In this document: positions 8,926 through 18,691 of the stretch, in pieces
Layout of the letters: each line of letters begins with the position of its first letter
Position numbering within the stretch: position 1 is the first letter of the stretch
Virus record (IMG/VR): IMGVR_UViG_3300037851_000671
Location: 128,001-192,000 of that record
From: a virus
Taxonomy: Duplodnaviria; Caudoviricetes
DNA length: 64,000 nt
Strand: one strand, 5' to 3'
Notes under the pieces: model-generated
Database searches by the model: none
Told to the model about the DNA's origin: nothing
What the model saw: only the letters and a program-made list of their open reading frames with translations
Program-made: the position numbers and the translations under genes

Positions 8926-9571
8926 CACACTGAAAGTATTCTCCAAGAGTGGAGTGTTGACAAAAGACGGAGTTCATTTGACTGAAGCATTCCAAAGGTA
9001 CTGGCAATCAAATATACCTGTAGACTACTGGTTCAGAGACATGAACGAATTCAAGGGAGATAAGTCCCTTGTAAAACGATACCAAGAGATCGTAAAGGAC
9101 ATTGAGAAAACATACACAGAAGGGGTTCGTGTGTGTTTTGCAGGTAAACACGGCTCCGGCAAAAGCATGGTGTGTTCATGCATTCTGAAGCGTGTTGTTG
9201 AGCAGGGCAAGTACACGGCTCTGTATGTAAACCTGACAGATATCATCAATGTAATGACATCCCCAAACGGCGATAGGGACGAGTCACGCAGGCTTCTTCT
9301 TGAAACTGATTTTTTGGTAATAGATGAAGTTGATCAGCGTTTCATGGGAACGGAGAACGCTGCTGACTTGTTTGGAAGAATTCTTGAGCCTGTCATTAGA
9401 ACGCGCATACAGAATCGTATGCCTGTTTTCTTTTGCACAAACAGCCCAAATGTAACTGACAGTTTTACCGGCTCTTTGAAAGCTAGTTTTTCTAGTTTAA
9501 TGCATATGGTTCAGTTACATGCCATTATGCCTGGTAAAGATTTCCGCACAGATGAGAAGGGGTCCAAATGA
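8837..9571 (+). CDS. DnaC/IstB-like AAA+ ATPase (helicase loader)
   Basis: Walker A GKHGSGKS, Walker B LVIDEVD, FCTN; TTG start with GAGG RBS. Confidence 0.85.
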   Translation: MNTQTSEVYDSPVNPFQNVPRKKLDQALNDTLKVFSKSGVLTKDGVHLTEAFQRYWQSNIPVDYWFRDMNEFKGDKSLVKRYQEIVKDIEKTYTEGVRVCFAGKHGSGKSMVCSCILKRVVEQGKYTALYVNLTDIINVMTSPNGDRDESRRLLLETDFLVIDEVDQRFMGTENAADLFGRILEPVIRTRIQNRMPVFFCTNSPNVTDSFTGSLKASFSSLMHMVQLHAIMPGKDFRTDEKGSK

Positions 9572-11034
9572 TGATTGAGGAACTTGATCTTAACATACTG
9601 AAAACCATTACTCAGGACAAGGTACAGGCTCTTACTTTCTCATATCGTTATGACCACTCTCTGTTTGCTCCAGAGGCTCAGCGATTTGGCAAATGTGTAC
9701 TTGACTACATCAAGTCATTTAGATCTCCTCCAACCAAACGCACACTGATTGATAGGTACAAGGATAATCAGGACCTTGTAAATCACATTGGGGATGTTTG
9801 GGATCAGCTGGACGCTCTGGAGTATGACCAGAAAGAGTACACCTATGATGTTGGGCGTCTGAAGCGCCGGTTTCAGGAAACAGCTGTTGATGAGATTAGG
9901 GTCAAGGCAGAGAACGAACATCCAGAAAACCCAGAGGAGTTTTTCAAGAGTCTTTCTCTGTCAATTCAGAAGGTTGTTTCTCTTGACCTTGAGAGAACCC
10001 ATATACAGAAGCCTGTTGGCGATCATATAGAGGAGTTCAAGGACCAATATGATGCCCGTCAACAAAGGCCAGATGATGTTCCTGAGATAAAAACCAAGTA
10101 CAGCATGATGGATGCAATCACTGGTGGCCTGGCCCCCGGCGAATTGATTATGCTTGGTGGTGAAACCAACTCTGGAAAGAGCATGTTGCTTAACAACATG
10201 GCTCGCCAGTTGTGGATGCAGGAAAATACTATTGATACTCCTTCCACAGAATTTGTAAAGGGTTTCAATGTTCTTTATTTCTCGTTGGAGATGTCTTACA
10301 ACGAGTGTTTCATAAGGTTCCTGGCTAGCGTTGCCAATGTTCCACAGAGGGGTTTGCAGCGCCCTCATGAGAACCCTCTTTCTCCCGAGGAAGAAGAAAG
10401 AGTTGCTAAGGCATTCAAATTCATAGAAGAATATCAGAATGCCGGCTACTATTTTGACATAGTAGATGTTCCGCGCAACCTTACTATTGAGGAGGTAGAG
10501 CTAAGATATCACGATGCATTGCTAAGATATCATCCAGACATTATTGTAGTAGACTACATGGGCTTGATGCATTCGATTGCATTTTCCAAAGAACCTGATT
10601 GGTTGAAGATGGGAGCCTATGCCGCGTCTCTTCATGAGTTTGCCAGAGCTTATAACTGTGTTGTTATCACAGCGGCTCAGTTGACGGACCTGAAGCGTAA
10701 CAGTAATTCACAGAAGGGTGAGGATTCAAAGAGGGTTGGCACACATAGGTGGGGACGATCCAGTTTGATAATGCATCACGTAAATCTAGGTATCCAGATT
10801 GAAACCAGACCCAATGAACGTGTGTACCCTGATATGCAAATTCACGCAGTGAAGAATAGGAAGGGTCCGTTGGGGCAGGGTAGTCTAGTGAAAAACTTCG
10901 CCAATGCGTTACTGATTGATGTCCCATTCGATGAGACAGAGATACCGGGAGACGTATCAGCGAACATACCTGATTTGATCAAAGCTATACAAGAGGCAAA
11001 GAACAAATTGGAAAATTCGACCAATGACTGTTGA
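9568..11034 (+). CDS. dnaB: Replicative DnaB-like helicase
   Basis: GGETNSGKS, FSLEM, IVVDYM, AAQL, KNRKGP motifs. Confidence 0.85.
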   Translation: MMIEELDLNILKTITQDKVQALTFSYRYDHSLFAPEAQRFGKCVLDYIKSFRSPPTKRTLIDRYKDNQDLVNHIGDVWDQLDALEYDQKEYTYDVGRLKRRFQETAVDEIRVKAENEHPENPEEFFKSLSLSIQKVVSLDLERTHIQKPVGDHIEEFKDQYDARQQRPDDVPEIKTKYSMMDAITGGLAPGELIMLGGETNSGKSMLLNNMARQLWMQENTIDTPSTEFVKGFNVLYFSLEMSYNECFIRFLASVANVPQRGLQRPHENPLSPEEEERVAKAFKFIEEYQNAGYYFDIVDVPRNLTIEEVELRYHDALLRYHPDIIVVDYMGLMHSIAFSKEPDWLKMGAYAASLHEFARAYNCVVITAAQLTDLKRNSNSQKGEDSKRVGTHRWGRSSLIMHHVNLGIQIETRPNERVYPDMQIHAVKNRKGPLGQGSLVKNFANALLIDVPFDETEIPGDVSANIPDLIKAIQEAKNKLENSTNDC

Positions 11035-11230
11035 CGATAAACTTAGCAAACCCCTTGGAGGGTTTGAGACCGTAGCGAGAGCTGTTCGTATTGAAATAGA
11101 TCCTACAACAAATGATATGTATCTTGTGTTTAGGATTATTGACGAGAGATTCAAAAGAAAAGTTCGAGAGAACTGGAACAACGATATACCAGTTGAGGTA
11201 CAGGGTTTAAGCCTTGTTGAAAGAAAATAG
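11024..11230 (+). CDS. Hypothetical protein
   Basis: 68-aa ORF in operon. Confidence 0.65.
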   Translation: MTVDDKLSKPLGGFETVARAVRIEIDPTTNDMYLVFRIIDERFKRKVRENWNNDIPVEVQGLSLVERK

Positions 11231-11237
11231 GATTAAT

Positions 11238-11495
11238 ATGCCAACATACGAACATTTATGTCAAGAATGTAATCACGAATGGGAAGACATCTATAGTATT
11301 AGGGATGCCGTTCCAGAAGAGTGTCCGAAGTGCTCATGCAAAGGCAAGGTTATTCGATTAATTTCGAGGCCAACAGTCAGGGTTGAATTAACAGGTCGAG
11401 AGCTTGTACAGAAACTAAAAGCTGAAGGTAAAGCTTTGGCCAAGGAAGCTCAAAAAAATGAAACCTTGGCAGCCAATCTATATGGATTGGGCTAG
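11238..11495 (+). CDS. FmdB-family zinc-ribbon protein
   Basis: MPTYEHLCQECNHEWE...CPKC...RLIS pattern; ATG 11238 after AGGA. Confidence 0.85.
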   Translation: MPTYEHLCQECNHEWEDIYSIRDAVPEECPKCSCKGKVIRLISRPTVRVELTGRELVQKLKAEGKALAKEAQKNETLAANLYGLG

Positions 11496-11512
11496 CCCTA
11501 GCAGGAGTTATA

Positions 11513-12169
11513 TTGAATAATGAACAACTTGAAGAGATCAAATCTCTATTGAACGAATTCGTTGCAGTACGCAGAAAATGTAAAAAATCAAAGAGCCAAA
11601 AACTTAAGAAGCAGTTTGATGATTTGCTACAGATATGTGCGTCTAAACTTGATTTCTTGGTAGACAGCAGAACCAAGAGATACAAGAAATTTGCTAATTA
11701 TGAGGATCTGAAACAAGACGGAAGGTTAGCTTTGTTTTTAGCCTTGCAGTCTTATGATCCTGAGAAGGGCGATTTCTTTTGGTGGGCCAATAAATACATC
11801 AAGACGAAAATCAGTCGAGAAGCCAATCGCCATTCCACTATCAAGATACCACTAAAGCATACCAAGTACGTTCAACCGTACAAAGTTGCAACGATACCCA
11901 TAATTACAGACACCGCGCCAACACCGGTTGAATCTATCAATGAAGTTGAAACAAGCTCTCTTATTCGACAGGCGATAGACAAATTGCCAGAAGATCAAAA
12001 GAACGCCATTAGACTTCATTTTGAGTTTGATACACATAGAAATGAAACATCTTCTTCTGTTGGTAAGATTTGTGAGAAGCTAAACATATCAAGACCAAGT
12101 TGCTTGAAGCTGTTGAATGACGCAAAGAAAACATTGAAACACGAACTTACATCTCAGTTTAAGGAATGA
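11513..12169 (+). CDS. Sigma-70-family RNA polymerase sigma factor
   Basis: Region 2 EDLKQDGRLALFLALQSYDPEKGDF and region 4 AIDKLPEDQKNAIRLHF. Confidence 0.85.
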   Translation: MNNEQLEEIKSLLNEFVAVRRKCKKSKSQKLKKQFDDLLQICASKLDFLVDSRTKRYKKFANYEDLKQDGRLALFLALQSYDPEKGDFFWWANKYIKTKISREANRHSTIKIPLKHTKYVQPYKVATIPIITDTAPTPVESINEVETSSLIRQAIDKLPEDQKNAIRLHFEFDTHRNETSSSVGKICEKLNISRPSCLKLLNDAKKTLKHELTSQFKE

Positions 12170-12172
12170 CCT

Positions 12173-15100
12173 ATGAGACCCGCAATATCTGACGAAGTAT
12201 GGACACAGAATTATCGTGGACCTGATGAAATAACACTGCAAGATACTTGGGAAAGACAGGCTAGGGCTTGTGCGAGTGTAGAGGACCCAAGTGTAAGGGA
12301 TCAGGTATATCATCAGTTCAAATGGTTGCTTGATGATTTCAAGGGTATTGCGGGTGGTCGTATCACAGCTAATCTTGGTATAGACGGAAGAGCCGCCACT
12401 ACTTTGATGAACTGTTTCCTACCTGGAACAAAGGTTCTCACGAACAAAGGATACATTCCTATAGAGGATATTTCAATAGGAGATGTCGTTCTAACACATC
12501 GTGGTAACTGGAAAACTGTTCACAATATTTTATGCAGAGAATACGCTGGAAATATTGATGTATATCAGTCTTCTTTCTTGAATAACACACTTTCAACAAC
12601 ACCAGAACACAAGTTCTACCAAGGTGATGAACGGTGGAAAGAATCGTCTGAAAACGATACTCTTACCTTTCCCAAAATCTCTTTCGGTAAAGAGTATGTG
12701 ACCGTTGACGTATCAGTTTTTGCAGGTCCAGAGATGCTGCGTGATGAAAATTACGTTTGGTATTTTAAAGAGAGCTTTGGAGGTAATGGATGTATAGTAT
12801 CAAAGCCATGCGAAAAGGTAAATCGGCACATTGTTGTTGATGAAGATTTTGCATATGTGCTAGGAAGGTTTATTGGAGACGGATCTGTTTTCAAGACACT
12901 AAAAACACACTTCACAAATACTGCTATGAATATTGTTTTTTCCTCAAAAGAGGAGGGGGCAATGTACAAATGCCAACAAATACTTACAGATAAATTTGGT
13001 CCAACATTCAATGTAAACAAAGGCGTAACGTATCATTACATAAGAAAACACAATATTGTTGTTGCGGCTTTCCTTACGGCAATGTGTGGTTTTGGCTTTG
13101 ATGGCAAACATGTTCCATCGGTCATATTTGAATCACCAAAATCAGTAGTCAAATCTTTTCTGCTTGGGTTGTTAGATGCTGATGGTATGGTGACTAAAAA
13201 CGGTATAATCAAAATCACCTTATCAAACGAAGGATTGATAGATAGTATCAAATCGTTAATGAATGCCATAGGGCTATTTCCAAGGAAAACAATTGCCCAT
13301 AACAAGCATGTAACAAATGCATCTCCTGCATGGATGTTATCCGTTAGCCTAAGCAACGGCCAAACGTTGTTTGGTCAAATGTTGAAGGTATATGACGATG
13401 ACAGGTTGATGAGAAAGTTCTCTGTAGGAAAACCATTCACAAAAATGGTTGAGGATGGGTCTGTTATCACACATGATTTTGTCAAACATACAGAAGATTA
13501 TAGCGGGCCAGTATACAACATTTCAGTTGATACCGATGAGAGTTATGTTGTAGAGGGTGTTGTAGTTCACAACTGTTATGTCCACAATCCCTCTGACATA
13601 AACTATCAGGATTCAGATAGTATAGAGGGTATCTATGATATGCTGAAGGCCCAAGCTCACACTCTAAAAAGCGAGGGTGGGTATGGAATGAATTTCTCTT
13701 GGATTCGCCCTGCTGGTTCCTACGTAAAAGGGATCGGCGGGCGAACTCCTGGTGTTCTTAAATTCATGGAGCTTTGGGATAAGTCTTCAGAAATAATTAC
13801 CATGGGTTATGAAGACCCAATTGGCAATAAGAAAAAAGAAGAGAAAAAGAAGATTCGTAAGGGTGCTCAGATGGGTGTCCTTAACATTTGGCATCCAGAA
13901 ATAGAAGCATTCATAGATGCCAAGCTGGTGCCAGGCCGTCTGACCAAGTTCAATCTGTCAGTGGGTGTTACTCAGGGTTTCATGCAAGCTGTCAAAAATG
14001 ACGAGACATGGAACCTTGTATTCCCTGACATAGAACATCCAGAATACAAAACAAAGTGGTTTGGTAATCTGCGTGATTGGGAATCTCAAGGATTTCCTGT
14101 CATAATACACAAGACAGTGCGTGCCCGTGATCTTTGGGAGAAGATCATGAAGGCCACTTACACCAGAAATGATCCTGGTGTATTGTTCTTGGACATAGCT
14201 AATAAATACAACCCTCTGTATTATGCAGAGGAAATTATGACTACCAATCCTTGCGGCGAAATCGGTATGTCTACTGGTGTTTGCCTGCTTTTCTCACTGA
14301 ATCTTGTTAAGTACATACAGAAGAAAGAAGGTAAGTATACATTTGACTTCGACACCTTCAAGAAAGCTGTATCTATAGCAACTCGTTTTGCTGACAACAT
14401 CAATGACATATCAAGGGTTCCTCTTGTTGAGTACAAGAAGTCAATGCTGGAGAAGCGCCGCATTGGTCTTGGTGTTCTTGGGCTCGGTTCATTGTTCTAC
14501 ATACTTGGTATCAGGTATGGTTCTGATGAGTCTTTGAAACTCACAGAAGAGATATTCAAGGCCAAGCTTGAAACTGAGTTGCTAACAAGTGCGAAGCTGG
14601 GTCAAGAAAAAGGCAGCTTCACTCTTTTTGATAAAGAAGAGTATTTTTCAAGCTATTGGTGGTTGACACTTCCAATATCAGAAGATGTCAGGCAACAGAT
14701 TGAATCCATGGGATGCATGCGAAACTCACATCGCGCAGCTAATGCTCCAACAGGCAACATGAGCATTTATGCCGGGGTTGTTTCTGGTGGAATCGAACCG
14801 GTATTCCTCAAGTATTACATACGTTGGAGTATCGTGCCTGAGGGAGATAGAGCAGAGCTTCGTAAAGCTGGTTTTGAATTCCCTGATGTAAATAAGGGTG
14901 AGTGGTTTGAAACGGCAAATGTCAAACTGTCCAAAAGAGGAACAGATGAAGTTTTGCTTGGAAGTTTCAATGGTGTAAATTACCAAGTTGACAAGAACCG
15001 TGGCCTTACCAAAGAAACTCTTGTCGAGGATTATGGTTGGGCATTTGTTAAAACGGAGATGTCTGCCGAGGATATAGATGCCCGTGAAAAGGCTGGAGTA

Positions 15101-15865
15101 TTCGCTACTACAGAAGATCTGACAGCCGAAGAGCATGTTAAGGTATTGAAGGTGTTGGCTCGTTATGTTGACATGAACAGCTCTAAGACTGTCAACGTAC
15201 CGGCTGACTATCCATATGACAGTTTCAAGAATCTGTACATGGAGGCTTGGGAAGCTGGAATAAAGGGTATCACAACCTATCGTGCTGGAACGATGACTGC
15301 TGTACTTGAAAAGGTTACAGAAGACAAGTCAGAGGCATCGGGTCGTCCCACCAAGATACAGCATTCTCAGGCTCCAAAGCGTCCCAAGGATTTGGAGTGC
15401 GAGATTCATCAGCCCAAGATCAATGGCAAGAAATGGACCATTTTGGTTGGTCTTTTGCACGGTCAGCCATACGAAGTGTTTGCTGGTCCGGCTGAGAATG
15501 TTTCTATTCCAAAGAATATTACAACCGGCACTTTAAGAAGAAAAGGCAAGGGTAACTACACACTGATTGTTGGGGAAGAGGAAATCAAGGATATAGTTGA
15601 GACCTTCAGCGATCATGACAGTGCGTGGGCCACTAGAATGATTTCAATGCCGCTTCGACATGGCGTGCCGCTTGAGTTCGTATGTGAAGTCCTATCTAAA
15701 GATGGGTTTATCACTGACGTAAACAAGGTGCTTGCCAGAATATTGAAGAAGTACATGACAATTGATATCACCAACAAGACATGTCCGGCATGTGGAAGTA
15801 GCAAGGTTAACCTGGCAGAAAGCTGCTTGGTATGCCTGGAGTGTGGACACGGAAAATGTGGTTGA
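12173..15865 (+). CDS. nrdJ: Class II (B12-dependent) ribonucleotide reductase with intein and C-terminal TSCPD/zinc ribbon
   Basis: GGRITANLG, EGGYGMNFS, TNPCGE radical Cys, KGITTYR, terminal CPAC...CLECG; no ATP cone and no beta subunit adjacent. Confidence 0.85.
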   Translation: MRPAISDEVWTQNYRGPDEITLQDTWERQARACASVEDPSVRDQVYHQFKWLLDDFKGIAGGRITANLGIDGRAATTLMNCFLPGTKVLTNKGYIPIEDISIGDVVLTHRGNWKTVHNILCREYAGNIDVYQSSFLNNTLSTTPEHKFYQGDERWKESSENDTLTFPKISFGKEYVTVDVSVFAGPEMLRDENYVWYFKESFGGNGCIVSKPCEKVNRHIVVDEDFAYVLGRFIGDGSVFKTLKTHFTNTAMNIVFSSKEEGAMYKCQQILTDKFGPTFNVNKGVTYHYIRKHNIVVAAFLTAMCGFGFDGKHVPSVIFESPKSVVKSFLLGLLDADGMVTKNGIIKITLSNEGLIDSIKSLMNAIGLFPRKTIAHNKHVTNASPAWMLSVSLSNGQTLFGQMLKVYDDDRLMRKFSVGKPFTKMVEDGSVITHDFVKHTEDYSGPVYNISVDTDESYVVEGVVVHNCYVHNPSDINYQDSDSIEGIYDMLKAQAHTLKSEGGYGMNFSWIRPAGSYVKGIGGRTPGVLKFMELWDKSSEIITMGYEDPIGNKKKEEKKKIRKGAQMGVLNIWHPEIEAFIDAKLVPGRLTKFNLSVGVTQGFMQAVKNDETWNLVFPDIEHPEYKTKWFGNLRDWESQGFPVIIHKTVRARDLWEKIMKATYTRNDPGVLFLDIANKYNPLYYAEEIMTTNPCGEIGMSTGVCLLFSLNLVKYIQKKEGKYTFDFDTFKKAVSIATRFADNINDISRVPLVEYKKSMLEKRRIGLGVLGLGSLFYILGIRYGSDESLKLTEEIFKAKLETELLTSAKLGQEKGSFTLFDKEEYFSSYWWLTLPISEDVRQQIESMGCMRNSHRAANAPTGNMSIYAGVVSGGIEPVFLKYYIRWSIVPEGDRAELRKAGFEFPDVNKGEWFETANVKLSKRGTDEVLLGSFNGVNYQVDKNRGLTKETLVEDYGWAFVKTEMSAEDIDAREKAGVFATTEDLTAEEHVKVLKVLARYVDMNSSKTVNVPADYPYDSFKNLYMEAWEAGIKGITTYRAGTMTAVLEKVTEDKSEASGRPTKIQHSQAPKRPKDLECEIHQPKINGKKWTILVGLLHGQPYEVFAGPAENVSIPKNITTGTLRRKGKGNYTLIVGEEEIKDIVETFSDHDSAWATRMISMPLRHGVPLEFVCEVLSKDGFITDVNKVLARILKKYMTIDITNKTCPACGSSKVNLAESCLVCLECGHGKCG
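12413..13573 (+). mobile_element. Intein with LAGLIDADG endonuclease (387 aa)
   Basis: Starts CFLPGTKVLT, ends VVVHN before Cys; blocks LGRFIGDGS and LLGLLDADG. Confidence 0.93.
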
Positions 15866-15866
15866 T

Positions 15867-16247
15867 ATGGAGCGCTCAATTCTTGCAAACATAGAAGATG
15901 CTCGGAGTATTGCCGAAGAAGAGTGCCACGCATTTGTAAAAAACACACTTCAGAACATTGGTTTGCCTGTAGAAGAGGTTTGGCCTGATATATCATTGAC
16001 TGTTGAACAGAAAATCGCCCTAAGAAACATGTTGTCAAAATTCGATGTCGAGATTGTTGACGACAGGGATAAAGGGATTAAGATATATCATGAGAGGACT
16101 TTGCTGGCGGAGTGGTTCAAACCTCGGTTTGTTATGAGAGCGGACCCGGCAGCCGTAAACCCCAGTAAAAAAACATACTATGAAATCGTACTGAAAACAT
16201 GGAGTATGTACGAAGACGAAGGAGATACAACAGATGAGCAAGATTGA
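15867..16247 (+). CDS. Hypothetical protein
   Basis: ATG 15867 just after nrdJ stop, in frame with listed ORF 15762-16247. Confidence 0.7.
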   Translation: MERSILANIEDARSIAEEECHAFVKNTLQNIGLPVEEVWPDISLTVEQKIALRNMLSKFDVEIVDDRDKGIKIYHERTLLAEWFKPRFVMRADPAAVNPSKKTYYEIVLKTWSMYEDEGDTTDEQD

Positions 16248-16506
16248 AAAGTTGGACAAAGAACATTTGGATCTTATTCTTGTTGCACGTGATAAAGCAG
16301 CTGCGGCTTCTGCTGAGGCAGAGAAGCTTGTGTCTGCGGCCCGTATCGCAGAGCTTGAGTTCCGCGTCACAGTACAGGAAGTATTCCTTGCTAATGGCTT
16401 GGATCCAAATTGCAGAGTTGATCAGACAACTGGCAATATAACCTGGCCAGCCCCAGCGGAAGTTGTTGAAACAACAGCGGCAGCCATTGAAGAGAAGAAG
16501 GAATAA
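16234..16506 (+). CDS. Hypothetical protein
   Basis: 90-aa ORF with GGAG RBS. Confidence 0.7.
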   Translation: MSKIEKLDKEHLDLILVARDKAAAASAEAEKLVSAARIAELEFRVTVQEVFLANGLDPNCRVDQTTGNITWPAPAEVVETTAAAIEEKKE

Positions 16507-16507
16507 C

Positions 16508-17044
16508 ATGCTTAAAGATTTGGCAGCGTTAGTAGCTGTGCGAAATCATATTCTCAATGTGATGAATGACAAGTCAGTCACAAACAGAGATGAATTTCAG
16601 CCTTTGAATCAGCTACGTATTCGTCTTGATAAAAAATTCGTAGAGCTTGTAACAACAATAGATGTTGAAGCTCTTGGCATGCAGATAGCTCTTGGACGTT
16701 CTGATGAGGAAGAGCCAGCTGAGGACACTTCTTCATATGACAAGGTCTACGAACAGGCTTCTGCTGAGGTTGAAAAGGCTATGAAGTCTTTGTCCAATCA
16801 CGGCGTAACACCAACCCCTGAGGGAGCGGTAGCTGTTGTAGAGAAAGTTCTTGATGTTCCTACAGAGGTTGCAGAAGAGATAGTTAGCAAAAAAGAAGAG
16901 ATCCTTGCTGCTACCACTGCTGATGCCGAAGTGTCAAAGAGAATAGCGGAAGAAAAAGAACGCGTGGCTGCAAAGGTTGCTGCTGAAAAAGAGCTGATTC
17001 GTCAGAAGAGAGCTAGAAAAGCGGCAGAAGAAAAGAAGTCATGA
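16508..17044 (+). CDS. Acidic/coiled-coil hypothetical protein
   Basis: ATG 16508 after AGGA. Confidence 0.7.
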   Translation: MLKDLAALVAVRNHILNVMNDKSVTNRDEFQPLNQLRIRLDKKFVELVTTIDVEALGMQIALGRSDEEEPAEDTSSYDKVYEQASAEVEKAMKSLSNHGVTPTPEGAVAVVEKVLDVPTEVAEEIVSKKEEILAATTADAEVSKRIAEEKERVAAKVAAEKELIRQKRARKAAEEKKS

Positions 17045-17045
17045 T

Positions 17046-17852
17046 ATGGCACAATACGCTCGCGGCGATATTGTCACATTGAAAGATGGTGAATGGCTCC
17101 GGCGGCAGAAAGCCGCCGGAGAGGTCATCTGCCACATTCATCAGACCATTGGAAAAATGGTCAAAGAACATCAGCCAATCAATCTTAAAGAGATTGAGAA
17201 TTTTGCACACGAGTATATCCTATCACATAGATGTACAAATGCATTTTATCAGTACAAAGGTTTTCCTGGTAAAATGTGTTGCTCACTGAATACAGAGTTG
17301 GTTCATGGTGTTGCAAAAGACTATCTGTTGAAAGATGGTGATGTTGTAAAGATAGACTTGGGAGCTAATTTTGAAGGAGCAATTGCCGATTGTGCATTCA
17401 CATATGTATACGGCAAACCCAAGACTGAGCAGATTGGAAAACTTCTAGTTGCATGCCAGAGGGCTCTTAATGAAGCCATAGACGAAGTCGAGGTCGGTAA
17501 AAGAATCGGCAGCATAGGCAAGAAGATATTTTCAGTCTCGAAAGAAACAGGTTTTGGCGTTATAGTGGAATTTGGTGGACACGGAATAGATTACAATAAG
17601 CTTCATTCATCTCCATTTGTACCAAACAAGTCGAGAGACGATGATAGTGTTGTTATTCAGCCAGGTCTGTCAATCGCGATAGAGCCAATGTTCGTGATCG
17701 GCAACAATACGAACACCAAGACGCTAGCTGATAAGTGGACTGTTATTACTAAGGAAATTGGCGCTCATTATGAACACTCCGTGACAATTGATGAGGATGG
17801 TAAAAAACACATCATCACAAATCATGGACTGGATATTAAAGAGTTCCTGTGA
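17046..17852 (+). CDS. map: Methionine aminopeptidase type I
   Basis: LVHG, IDLG, ADCAFT, FGGHGI, AIEPM, AHYEHS metal-site motifs. Confidence 0.95.
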   Translation: MAQYARGDIVTLKDGEWLRRQKAAGEVICHIHQTIGKMVKEHQPINLKEIENFAHEYILSHRCTNAFYQYKGFPGKMCCSLNTELVHGVAKDYLLKDGDVVKIDLGANFEGAIADCAFTYVYGKPKTEQIGKLLVACQRALNEAIDEVEVGKRIGSIGKKIFSVSKETGFGVIVEFGGHGIDYNKLHSSPFVPNKSRDDDSVVIQPGLSIAIEPMFVIGNNTNTKTLADKWTVITKEIGAHYEHSVTIDEDGKKHIITNHGLDIKEFL

Positions 17853-17870
17853 GAAGTAAAAGGTCGAGAG

Positions 17871-18077
17871 ATGAAGATAGCGTTCGCGGATGGAAGTTAC
17901 ATAGAACTAAGCCGGTCAAAAACCAGCAACAAAGTCTGGGTGACGGTAGCTGCTAAACAGCAATCGAACCCATTGGAGTTGGTGGTGAATGCCGCAGAGG
18001 TCGAGGCACTACAATTGTTAGATGCCTTGAAAACAATAATGGGACCTTTAGTGGTCGAAAAGGAAAAACAACAATGA
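17871..18077 (+). CDS. Hypothetical protein
   Basis: 68-aa ORF. Confidence 0.6.
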   Translation: MKIAFADGSYIELSRSKTSNKVWVTVAAKQQSNPLELVVNAAEVEALQLLDALKTIMGPLVVEKEKQQ

Positions 18078-18589
18078 GTATTAAGAGTAAGATCCAGAAT
18101 TTCAAGCGTAGTGCCCTCAACAACAACACCCAGCGTGTTGCCCATACCCTTATCAGTGCCGAAGGCAAGTGGGTATCCCGCAGCAAGCTCGATGCTATTC
18201 CTTCTGTGACGGCGCGTATTCGTGACCTCCGCAAGGATCAGTTCGGTGGCTTTGATGTTGAGTGCAAGAGTTCAACAGAGCTTAAGCCCAAGAGCAAGGA
18301 AGAGAAGACGTTCTACTACCGCATCAATCCCGATACTGTGACTGATGCCAAGGTCCAGGTTTTGTTCCGCAGCGTAAGTGAGGCTAAGGAGCGCGCTGCT
18401 GCAAAAAAGGACAAGGATAAGACCAAGACCAAGACCAAGACCAAGACAAAGACCAAGAAAGCGGTCAAGAAAGCCGTAAAGCCGGCAAAGAAGGTTACCG
18501 CCAAGAAGAGCGCAGGCAAGAAGACAGCCTCTCGCCGTACCCGTGGTTCCCAGATTACCGTAACCACTGACGGAATTACGATTTCCTGA
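18074..18589 (+). CDS. Putative DNA-binding protein with histone-H1-like basic tail
   Basis: HTH-like N-half, then KTKTKTKTKTKKAVKKAVKPAKKVTAKK. Confidence 0.7.
   Translation: MSIKSKIQNFKRSALNNNTQRVAHTLISAEGKWVSRSKLDAIPSVTARIRDLRKDQFGGFDVECKSSTELKPKSKEEKTFYYRINPDTVTDAKVQVLFRSVSEAKERAAAKKDKDKTKTKTKTKTKTKKAVKKAVKPAKKVTAKKSAGKKTASRRTRGSQITVTTDGITIS
18421..18456 (+). repeat. (GACCAA)x6 coding microsatellite (KT repeat)
   Basis: gaccaa x4, gacaaa, gaccaa. Confidence 0.9.
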
Positions 18590-18613
18590 TAGATATCAGG
18601 CGATACTTGCCCC

Positions 18614-18646
18614 AAAGGCTCGGAAGGAAACTTCCGAGCCTTTTTT
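18614..18646 (+). terminator. Rho-independent terminator
   Basis: AAAGGCTCGGAAG-GAAA-CTTCCGAGCCTTT followed by T run. Confidence 0.9.
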
Positions 18647-18691
18647 ATTGGCATAATGAGGGATATAGTTGAAAACTTCCAAAGAGGAAAC

